Source: Paraspadella gotoi (taxonomy: Eukaryota > Animalia > Chaetognatha). Taken from it: DNA of 64,000 nt. Each line of letters begins with the position of its first letter. Position 1 is the first letter of the stretch. A program made the translations under genes and the position numbers. Of the stretch, positions 53,951-64,000 are shown piece by piece. Below the pieces are notes generated by a model. That model saw only the letters and a program-made list of their open reading frames with translations. It did no database searches and had not been told where the DNA came from. The DNA is taken from assembly GCA_051294375.1 (NCBI GenBank), contig CM119267.1, positions 24,110,111-24,174,110 on the forward strand, in the 5' to 3' direction.

Positions 53951-55504
53951 ATGAAAATTTTATATTGGGAAAATATTATCTCTCTCTTTNNNNNNNNNNN
54001 NNNNNNNNNNNNNNCGTTAAAGCTGCCCAAAAAATGTCAAACATTTATCATATAATAGTTTCTACTACAGACAGTGAAAAAGTAAAGAATTTTGGACTTT
54101 TTTTTAAAATTTTAACACACTGTCGCAGACGTATTTGCTGAGAACTGGACAGACACATTGTCCTTTAGCAGATAACTTCGGTAAAAGTATTCCCTCTCTC
54201 CGTGGTTCTTGTTAAAACTGACAGCAGCGCCGCCTAGACCTCATGTACGCCAAGTCCATCCTGCCGCGGATCGGGGGCGGATCCTCGATAGGAATGGTTA
54301 CGGAGGTGGTGCGGTGACTTGAATAACGTTTTTGCCTAAACTATTTGAGCTTCCAAAGTGGTAGGATATTTTTCCGTGGTCTGATGTAAAACTGATGGTC
54401 TGTGCGGGACGCCGGCCGGGCGGGACAGGGAAGAGTGGTTTGGTGTGGCGGCGATGCCTTTGGCATAGTTCGTAGTCGGTCTTGGGAAGGCGGTCGTGGC
54501 GGCGGCGGCAAGGAGCGAGCCCGAACGTTGAGCATTGCCCCTAAAGTATCCTTGGAGGGAGAACCCAAGTCCCAGGAAAAGGCGACGGCGAGGAATAATG
54601 GAACCAAGATAGCAACGGAGTTAATACGACGGAGATTCACTGAAAACGCCGGAAAGTTATCTCCCGGAGTCGGAAAGCCGGCGTCGTTGAGCGAGATGAA
54701 TTCGGCGTCGGAGAGAAGCGAAGAAAAAGATGCCGTCGACTTCTGGGAGACGAGATTCAGCGTCGCGGGGTCGGGACTCGACCGAGAGACACTCGTCGGT
54801 TAGAGCAAATTCTAAATTTAAACAGACAAATTCTAAAATTAACCAGACAGTTAATACTGAAGGCTTCATATTTTGTGACCAGAATCTGTTCCCATCAAAC
54901 TACCTGATAGAATTTCATGAAATTTTACATTTAGAGTTCTAATGACGATTATCAACAGAACTATCGAGGCGAATTTTATATGATCAACCCCTGACAATAG
55001 CCATAGCTAATGAAATTTAAATGCTTTTTAAAATTTGTTTAAATAGAATCAGGTTCATCGATGTCTTAACCATATAAAAATCTCTTTCTAAAACTAAAAT
55101 TAATAAATGTTTTGCTAATTAATCGGTGTTTGAAGATGCATGGTTCGTTTTCTCTCTATTTTCCACCGAATTATTCCCAATCTGACTTGAACCGCTGATG
55201 TTCATGAACCTGAAACTTAAGATAAACTAATATTTTTTGTGGAAATAAATACGTTTTTGTGGAAGAGTAATCGTCTGGGCAACTGTTTTTTGCCCCTATC
55301 TCAGCTCAGTTAATTGCAGTCGGTTATTGGTTTTCGCTTCTTATGAGCAACATATAGAAATCTCTTTACGGAAAAATAAAAAAGATACTGTAAGGGTAGA
55401 AAAAACTTTTATTACAAGTTTGAAACCTCCCCTAATCCTAACTACCCCTGATCCCTAACCACCCCTAATCTCTAAACAGTAACCATATGAGTTTTATTAA
55501 GAAA

Positions 55505-55648
55505 CAAATTTCGGACATGTTTTGACTACAATCAGCGAAAAAATGTATTGACTTGTGAAACAAATATTTAAAGTATTTGTTTTACAAATCAATTCATTTT
55601 CGCGCTGATAAAGGCTTACATTGAAGCCGAAACATGTCCGAAATTTAT
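55505..55648. mobile_element. Penelope-like inverted pseudo-LTR remnant with degenerate minimal hammerhead ribozyme
   Basis: ~140-bp hairpin; right arm ttcgcg-CTGATAA-aggctt acattg aagcc-GAAAC-ATGTC-cgaaa resembles the Penelope-type minimal hammerhead layout. Confidence 0.55.
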
Positions 55649-56329
55649 GTTTCATTTTCTACCTCAAACATAAAAATATTAATTAAAATGGAATTATTGA
55701 AGGGGCATAAAACATTTTTCTACGGCCTCACCTGAAAAGTGATACATATAGAAATAAAATGCAAAAAATTTTAACCAAAAGGAAGTTAGTTACGCTTACC
55801 ATGATCGATGCTCAACAAGGTCCTAAAATGGAGAGGGTGACACGAAGACGATGTAAAGTCTAAGACGATGTAATGATGGCAGAAAGAGCGCGTGGAATTT
55901 AGTTTTATTCAATGGGAAAATTATCTACCATAATGGAAAAAAAAATTGTCGCGGTTTCTTAACTTAAATTTAATCTTAATTTATTCTTAACCTATATATC
56001 ATTATTTTATAAAAGTGATACAAGCTTTAAATTACCAGAACCTGTCCAAAATTAAAGAGAAAATAATTTATTTATTAGATGAAAAAATAATTTTTATATT
56101 AATTATAATAATTTTAGAATTATTATCTATATATAAAAATAACTATAAAAAATAATAATATTTAAATTTCTCTAATTTTTTAAAAAAATTACTCTTTAAA
56201 CATATTAATTTCTAAGAATTTAAATATTTTATTAGAATTTATGATAAAAAATAATTTTAACAAATAATAAAAAAAATTAAATATTTTATTATTAAAAATT
56301 AACAAAAGCTACTAAAAATATTGAAAAAA

Positions 56330-56548
56330 AGCTAAATTTTACTTTCGCCAACCGTAATTTTAACGCTTTATAAAAAACCATTTGAAAATATTATTTAAAA
56401 AAAAATAAAAAATATTATTAAATTACCCTAACCTGAAACCCATTTAACCTTAACCACCCTTAACCCTAAACCACCCCTAAACAACTTTTAAGCCTAACCT
56501 CTACCTAACTTTCCCTAATCCCGGCCAGCGAGAGCAAAAAGTAACCCG
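56330..56548. mobile_element. MITE family R3 copy
   Basis: gctaaattttactttcgcc...gcgagagcaaaaagtaaccc, colinear with 45493-45718. Confidence 0.7.
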
Positions 56549-57952
56549 CAAAAAGAATTATACTTTGTAAAAAACAACTTTTCATAAGCTATCTGAATCT
56601 GCTTTTAAAAAAAGAAAATTAAAAAAAAAATTTTAACATTTTATTTATAAATATAAAAATTAATTATTAATGCTTTTAAATATTTTTAAAAAATTGTGAT
56701 CCAATAAAATTTTTTTCAGAAATATATTAAAGTTATTTGGAAGGTTCTCATAAAAAAATGATAAATGTTTAACAGTATAAATTTATATTTAAAAAGAATA
56801 AAAAAATCTTAATTTTTACTTTCCCCCCAAATATTAAAGATAAAAAAATTTTTAATTATATTATTTTTTTATTTAATTTTTTATGAATAATTTAAATCTT
56901 TATTAAAAGTTTTAAAATTTTTTTAAAATTTACTATTTTATCAAAATATTATTACCAAATGTATTAGATTTTATTATTTTATTCTTGAGACTATATGAAC
57001 AAAATATTTTTTATAATAATTAATCATACTATCTCACATCTAAATATTTTTACTTAATCACCCAAATAATTTTTTTATTTTTAATTGCTCTACTTTACTG
57101 CACAAAACAATAAAATATAATCTTACATTTTTTTATAATTTTTTTATTTTTTTTTTTAAAATTGATATAACCAATATTAAAACTTAATCCATTTACTTAA
57201 TAAATAAACTTTTTGTCCTTGAACTTGGACCAAGCTTAGTTGTTTAAAACCTTAATCATATTTACAAAATAATAACATAAGCAAGGGTCCTGGAAAGTCC
57301 TGGATAATCAAATCTACTTTTAAATATTTAATTTCAATGTATATTAAAGATAGATAATAAAATTTATTTATAGAAAAAATTAAGTTTTATAATTTAAACT
57401 ATTTCTGGATTTATGTTGTTCCACCGACTTTAGATACTAAAAACCAGTCACTATCAAAAAAACTATTCGTAGTTGGCAAGTATTTAAAGCGCTACTGGTG
57501 CAACTTTCGTCATGAACCAAAAAAAAGCTGGAAAAAAATTTCGATCGCTCGAATTTTTTTCTTCCGAAGCGACATATCTATAAGAGAGAGAGAGAGAAGA
57601 TGAGAGAGAGGGAGGAGAGAGGAGAGAGAGGAGAGAGAGAGAGAGAGAAGCTGGAACAGCACCCATTTTCGTCGCCTTCTTTGTCGTCTTCTTCGTCGTC
57701 ATCTTCGTCTTCTTTATCGTCATTTTCTTCATCATTATCGAAAGTGAAAATGGACAAAAATGAACATGATTTTTTTTCCTAAAAGTTGCGAAAATGTTAC
57801 TCTTATATGATTAGAAATAGCTGGAGATGGTTTTGTCCAATCCGTATTATGGAATAAGTTATATTATGGTGCAAGTTAAATTAATTTTGTTAATTGAATA
57901 ACTGAACAATAGTGGAGGATTGTAAGCAGAGGCTTTACAGAACGCTCGTTTT

Positions 57953-58114
57953 AGGGGTTAGCGCGAACGCAGACCCCACAATCACAAATTATGCTCCCGA
58001 GTTTCCCACATTTGGGGAAATCGCAAGGGTCAGCCCAACCGAAGTGCAATGGAAGGGCCTCGACTTGGGGGAACCTCCTTACTGATCAAGGTATCCCCTG
58101 AGCCAGGTAAGTAT
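57953..58114 (-). ncRNA. RNU1: U1 spliceosomal snRNA
   Basis: Reverse complement: ATACTTACCTGG 5' end, SL1 loop GATCAGTAAG, U1A loop ATTGCAC, SL3 TTTCCCCAAATGTGGGAAA, Sm site AATTTGTG, SL4 with TTCG tetraloop; ~162 nt. Confidence 0.97.
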
Positions 58115-58134
58115 TCTGATAAAGTTTTGCAGGT

Positions 58135-58155
58135 CTTTCTATTCTCATTGGTGAA
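58135..58155 (-). promoter_or_regulatory. Candidate snRNA proximal sequence element
   Basis: TCACCAATGAGAATAGAAAG upstream of U1 resembles the TCACC-type PSE, but is closer to the start than is typical. Confidence 0.3.
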
Positions 58156-58881
58156 AAGTAAAGTTTGGGTTTGATAAATAAATATTATCTGTATAAAAAA
58201 TGTTAAACTGTCATCATGCGCCCCAGGTTTCTATCATGATTAATAAATTAAAAAAACTTTTTACAAACTTATTCCCAAATTAAGTTAATTATCATGCTCT
58301 TCATTTATATATGCCATCATAAGTTATTAATAGAATACAGCGATAAGAGATTTCTTTATATGGTTTTTATATGCAAATAAATTGATAACGAGGTCTGTAG
58401 AAATTGTTTATTATTTTCTATGCCTCCGTGGGTCACGGATTCGAGGCGTCGGCCGTCGGATGAACTGGCTTTTACATAAAGCAAGGATGTGTTAAGTGAC
58501 GTAAATGCCAAATAAATCGTTAATAAGTTAATTATCGTAGAAGTAAATAAATGACGAAATAAGTGTCGTATAATAAATTTGTGACGAAAATCCTTGGATT
58601 CCGTAAAACTATGTACGGTTCCATACGGCCGATGTTTTCCTGTGAAACGATTGATCGAATAACAAGTGAGGTTTTCGGCTCAAAGAAACCGAAAAGAAAA
58701 GAAAAGAACTGGTAAGAAAAATGACCGGGAAATAATGACCGGACTCGAGGTCGCAATATCTGAGAAGGCTCGTAAACAGCTGACACAAACGTAGATATTT
58801 TTGGAAGCGAGAAAAAATCGAAACTATGGCTCTATGGCTCTATCCTCCACAGCTCCACCGTAAATTACTGACTAATTTCAA

Positions 58882-58976
<95 letters not shown>
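58882..58976. repeat. (AAT)n microsatellite
   Basis: Directly visible. Confidence 0.95.
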
Positions 58977-58977
<1 letters not shown>

Positions 58978-59161
58978 CAATCTGTTAATCCTTATATTCG
59001 AAAAGAGAATATTCAACAGAAACCAAATTGTACAGACTAAAAATTCGAAAAAAGTTAAACAATAAAAGACTATTTTCGTTGTTATCGATGCGAAAAAAAA
59101 AGAATAATCTTTTTCCCCTTCTTCTTTTTTTCCCCTCCCTTTCTCCTCCTTTTTTCCCCGT

Positions 59162-60203
59162 CTAATCCTCTTCCTCCTCTTCCTCCGAAATTACGGACCT
59201 TAAGACGCCGATCGATCTCCCCTCCTCCTCTTCCCCTCTCCTCCTCCTCCTCTCCTCCTCCTCCCTCCTTTTCTTTCCTCCTTTCCTGCTCCCCCTCAAA
59301 CTCTCCATCTCTTCCTCTCCCCCCGGCACGCTCTCTTCCTCCTCCTCCCCTTCCAATTCCTCTTCCTCCTCTTCTTCTTCCTCCTCTTCCTCCTTCCTCT
59401 CTCCTCTCCTCTTCGTCTTCCTCCTCGTCCCCGCTCTTCAACAACTTGTATCGACCCATGTTCCGGTTCCTGTTTCGCCGATTCGCGTTCTCGGCTCCCT
59501 CTTCCGCTCCCTCCAGACCTTCCTCATCCGCCTCGTCCTCCTTCTGCTTCTTGATGGCGAGGAGGACGCCGAGGACGACGAGCGCCAACGCCAAGAGGAC
59601 GAAGCCGACGATGCAGCCGGTGCCGCAGCCGCCGCCGGCCCCCTTGACGCTCACGTTGAGCTCCTGGACGTTGGAGCCGGAAGCGGCGGAACCCGCTGGC
59701 GCCGCCGCCGAAGACTCTTCCGGTTCCACTAGGGTGCAGTCCTCGTCGGCCTGGGAAGGGGCGGTGGATGAGGCGTGGGTAAGGATGAAATAAATGATGG
59801 TAAGGTAAAGCGAAACATAAGAGTCACGACCCTTGATTAAAACATCGTGTTCAATAAAAATACCTATCATCAAATATTTAATGATTTATATCAAAAATTA
59901 GTCATTGAATAACAGAAAGGGAAAAGAGAAACATAACGAAACCTAACGTGAGGCGTCCCTTAATCTTTCTCAACTTACAGTCGCCTTCCCCATTACGGTC
60001 AGACTCCGCAAGGGGAACTTCATAGTCGGCGTTTGACTCTTGAGCTGTTCCACTTTAAAAGGCATCGTCACTTGCGGATTCATCCAATATTTGAAATCGG
60101 ACAGCGTCCCGTGCATTGGGGCGAAGGGGATCACGTCCGTCTGTCTCATGCTGCCGAAGTAATAGAAGCGGGTCTTGGCCTTGCGGAAACAAGGTATGCC
60201 TGG

Positions 60204-60265
<62 letters not shown>

Positions 60266-60343
60266 AGAGAGGGAAATAAGAGGGAAGGAAAGATAAATGA
60301 TAAATGACAAAAAGATCAAAAAAGGAATCTCTCTCTTCTCTCT

Positions 60344-60378
<35 letters not shown>

Positions 60379-60383
60379 CTCTC

Positions 60384-60423
<40 letters not shown>

Positions 60424-61604
60424 TTGTTCTTCGGATTAATCTTAATTTTTCCCTGAAAGGGAAAAAAGTTATTGTTGACGTTAATATCCAGAGTTCCGTG
60501 AACCACATCGGCCGTTTTCGGATCTGAATAGAAGAAAGGAGATAGAGAGATAAGGACGACAACGACAACAACGAGAGCATGACTTACCGGCTGGCGGCGT
60601 CGTGACGCAAAGGACTGTCACCATCGTGTCTTTTTGCAATGGAACCTGATCGCCGAACTTGGTCGATCCGTTCCCGGCCGCTTTCTTCCATCTGGACAGA
60701 GAGAGAGAGAGAGAATTCTAATTAAGCTCAGTTCAACATGAAGCTAAGAATCTTCAAATCAACTTACTTTGAGCCGTGAAACCAAATTTGAAACGGCTTC
60801 AAGAGGACAAGGATTTGCGGAATCGTGTCGTTGAGTCTCTCTTCGTAGACCGAAAAAATTGCCATGGGCTTTCCTGAGGAGAAAAGGATTTTCTGTCTCT
60901 GACTCTATCTCTCTCTCTCCCTCTCCCTCTCTCTCACTCACTCACCTCCTTTGCCCTTTTCCTTCAAGTTGATAGTGAATTGCAGAGCGAAGGAAGTGTA
61001 GATCTGATTCCTCATCGGATCGTGTCTTCTGCTCATTCCTTCAGCGAATCCGCCGTCCAGGGTCAACTTGCAGGCTGCGAAGTCAATCATGGCAGATTAC
61101 TGATAGTTGGTGGTAGAAGATCATCGTCATATCATAGAATTAATGACTCATAACAAAGGCAATCAACCAATAATATTAAGTCTTCCGACTCTTTCAGAAG
61201 TTAGCAGATTTATTTTGTTATTTGTAGCTGCGATATCAAATATTAATGACTTAATAATATCGTTTTTTTGCATTCAGCACCAAAAATCTAATCCTCAAAA
61301 TTATCTTGTATTTGTGGCACATTAATCGGCCTCCTCTCCCTTACCTTTCACCCCAACCCTCTCACCGCCCCCTCCCCCTCAACTCACTGTTGTCCGCGTC
61401 TTCTGATTCCCTGTGTTTCTTTTTCTCAATTTTCTCTCTCAATTCAGTCTCCCGACGAATCAAGGCTATCTCCTTGTTGAGGTCCAACGGATCAGTGTCC
61501 TCGTCGATCGACTCCCGACCTCGAATCTCGATCCCCTTTGCTCTTTTGTTCTCCGATCGTTTCAACAGCGACGATAAGGGGTCCTCTTTCTTCTCGTAGG
61601 ATTT
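59162..61604 (-). CDS. PXL6: type I membrane pentraxin/LamG-like protein (signal-peptide exon not found)
   Basis: 61604-61388 coiled coil DLNKEIALIRRETELREKIE; ~61074-60946 TCKLTLDGGF...IYTSFALQFTI; ~60873-60769 PMAIFSVYEE...PQILVLLKPFQIWFHG; ~60691-60588 VPLQKDTMVTVLCVT; ~60523-60423; ~60199-59979 YYFGSMRQ...HGTLSDFKYWMNP...TPTMKFP; ~59750-59162 DEDCTL...GGGCGTGCIVGFVLLALALVVLGVLLAIKKQK...NRRNRNRNMGRYKLL...EEEEEED*. One phase mismatch and a probable indel in the tail. Confidence 0.8.
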
Positions 61605-61819
61605 CTAATTGAGGAAAAAAAAATTAAATGAACATTTAATAATTTAACAAAAATATTTTCTTTCTTAAAAGGAACGTTAATGATACGATTAATATAACGA
61701 TAACATGAAAATTTACTTGTTTCACTATTTTCTATTTTTATATTTTATGAAGGATTTAGTATTTAATCTATATTATTTAATCAAATATATATTGCTTTCT
61801 TTTTTAAAAAGGTTTTATT

Positions 61820-63312
61820 TATCTAATAATTCCATTTGGGAAGGGGAAGTCAGTGTTGTCTTCTGAAAATAGAGGGAGCATCTATACAACACAAGGTTAG
61901 ATTACTATCTGTCCTAGTTTTCTAATAGATATCACACATCATTTCTGTTAGAAAGTCATTAATGAAAAATCATAATATCTTAGAGGCTGAACAGAAAGGG
62001 GTGGAAATGAATAATTTTTTGAGGGGGACCAACGTTATATATGATTTTTTTTACAATTAGGGATAAGAGTGCCATGTAAAATTGAATGTTCTGATAGGGA
62101 TACATACTGGGGAAAGGTCTATAGTAAGGGGTGAACTTAGGTAATATTTTGCCTGATTAACTGAGCAAAGTGTTACTGAAATTGCCTAGGTAAAGAAATG
62201 ATTTTTCTTAGTTAAGATAGGTAACTTCTGAATTAAAATATTTTGCTTATATTTATTTTTAAAGAAAACTAAAACAATATATTTTCTTTTATTGTTTTAA
62301 TTTCGTTATCAACTATATTTTCAATTTGTTATTACTATATTTTAAGCCCAAAAATACTTTTCCCAGATGGCATAAAATATGAGTATCAACATTAAGTATG
62401 TAAACTACTAGGCTACTACCAGACCCAGAACCAATAAAAGTATTAAAAAAAATTAATTCATTGATAAATAAAAAAATTAACAGATAATAAAAAAAATAGT
62501 AATAACAATAAGGATGCATACATTTAAAAAGATTTGCAATGTAACATATTCAGTTGTATCCTGATATGACTGACAAGATTAAATGTACACAAGACTCAAG
62601 TCGCCCAAATATGTTTTGTATCTTATTTAGAATGTCAAAGCTCATTAGAATTCTTTGCAGAATATGATATGGATTACTCAATACCTCCCTAGCTGATTAT
62701 ATTAAAAAATTCGAGCTCGATATAGAAAGTAAATATCCTATGGATATGATTTTCAAATAAAAAAATCTAAAAAAATTATCCATTCTATTCTTTCATCATT
62801 AACAAAGATTTTAACTCAAAGTAAAAAATGATATTCTTGAACATACTGAAAAATGTTTATCTTAATTAAAAACAACTATATAATAGACTCCAACCCCTGT
62901 CACCAAACACCAAACACCAAACACCAAACATATTTTTAGCTATTAATTTTTTTAATAAAATTATTTTATCTTTCATTAAAAATATTTGAGCGAAAACTAA
63001 TTGAATTTCAATGTTGAGCAAGTTAAAGTTTTATATTTGATAAAGATTTTGTTTAAAAATTAATACCAAAAAATATCTTATTTTGTATTTTTTTAATTTT
63101 ATATGAAAATTTGCTAAATTACTTGTTTCACTATTTTATATTTTTATATTTTATGAATGTTTTACTATTTAAACTATATCATTTAATTATATATATATTA
63201 CTTTTTAAAAATATTATTTGCTTATTATATCTAATAACCCATTTTGGGAAAGGGAGGTCAGTGTTGTCTTCTGGAAATAGAGGGAGCATCTATACAACAC
63301 AAGGTTAGACTA
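61820..63312 (+). repeat. ~85-bp direct repeat pair (61820-61905 and 63228-63312)
   Basis: gtcagtgttgtcttctg(a/g)aaatagagggagcatctatacaacacaaggttaga in both. Confidence 0.85.
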
Positions 63313-64000
63313 CAATAGAATACAATTAGACTACAATATTTAATTTAATATCATTTGGCTTCAAATTTATTAAAGATAACATTTCCATTTTAAATCTTAG
63401 CAAATTAGATCATAAGTTTATCAGTTATATCTCAGTTTTAAAGATCCTTTCCTCAATTAAAAATTGCCTACTTTTATTCAGTTAACTACTAGGTAAACCA
63501 AAAAATTGTCTATTACCTATTTAAGAAAAAATCTTTGCCTAAGCTCACCCCTTGTTTTAAAATACTTTAAAGAAAATTATATTTTTCTTTATCCTATTTT
63601 TTAATTATTTCTTTTTTGAATATTTTTTATCTTTTATGTTTATACAATGGGAAGGTCATCAGTTGGGAACCTATACCCTTCATGGATTTCGGCTCTTTAA
63701 TCCCATTATCCAGTTTTAAAGTTAATTGCGCAGTACAATTTCAGCTTATTTTTTCGTGTATTTCCCTTTGATTACATGACATGACATGACATGATTAAAA
63801 AACTTTCTTTGCCTGTGTATTTATGACATGCACTGCATCAAATTTTCGTCTTTTATTCCTTATAGTTTTTGGAATTCCCAAAGGCGGCTCGAGCAGTTCC
63901 TTAGATTTGAGGTTTTTTCTGTCTTAACAAATGAGCAACTAACTATACCAACTAAGTATAGGCCAATTTTATGCATTTTTAACATAAGTGGGACAGACCG

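Noticed and set aside
52456-54640. Adhesion/secretin GPCR TM4- and TM6-like fragments
   Set aside because: Resemblance is superficial, the order is reversed on the coding strand, and the frames have stops.
228-62519. Many long ORFs such as [32 protein letters not shown] and the 273-aa ORF at 6616-7437
   Set aside because: Translations of micro/minisatellites or antisense shadows of real minus-strand exons.

Overview
AT-rich, microsatellite-laden invertebrate-type animal genomic DNA with spliceosomal introns and several ~25-N gaps. Most long ORFs in the track are simple-repeat artefacts. Manual splicing of the minus strand reveals a head-to-tail cluster of six divergent paralogous genes (working names PXL1-PXL6, left to right). 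The shared plan is signal peptide, charged coiled-coil/basic region and a ~200-aa pentraxin/LamG-like (ConA-fold) domain, with or without a Gly/Ser stalk, one TM helix and an acidic/NRNRN tail. PXL2, PXL3 and PXL6 are type I membrane forms, PXL4 is secreted, PXL5 is membrane-anchored but lacks the domain, and PXL1's 3' end is unresolved at the window edge. PXL3 has a ~17.6-kb GC-AG intron holding a decayed Ty3/Gypsy element, a foldback/MITE palindrome and other repeats. An intact U1 snRNA gene lies between PXL5 and PXL6. A ~5.3-5.9-kb tandem duplication (9376-20634) with many single-base indels is probably a haplotype/long-read assembly artefact. No database searches were possible, so the domain assignment rests on motif comparison only.
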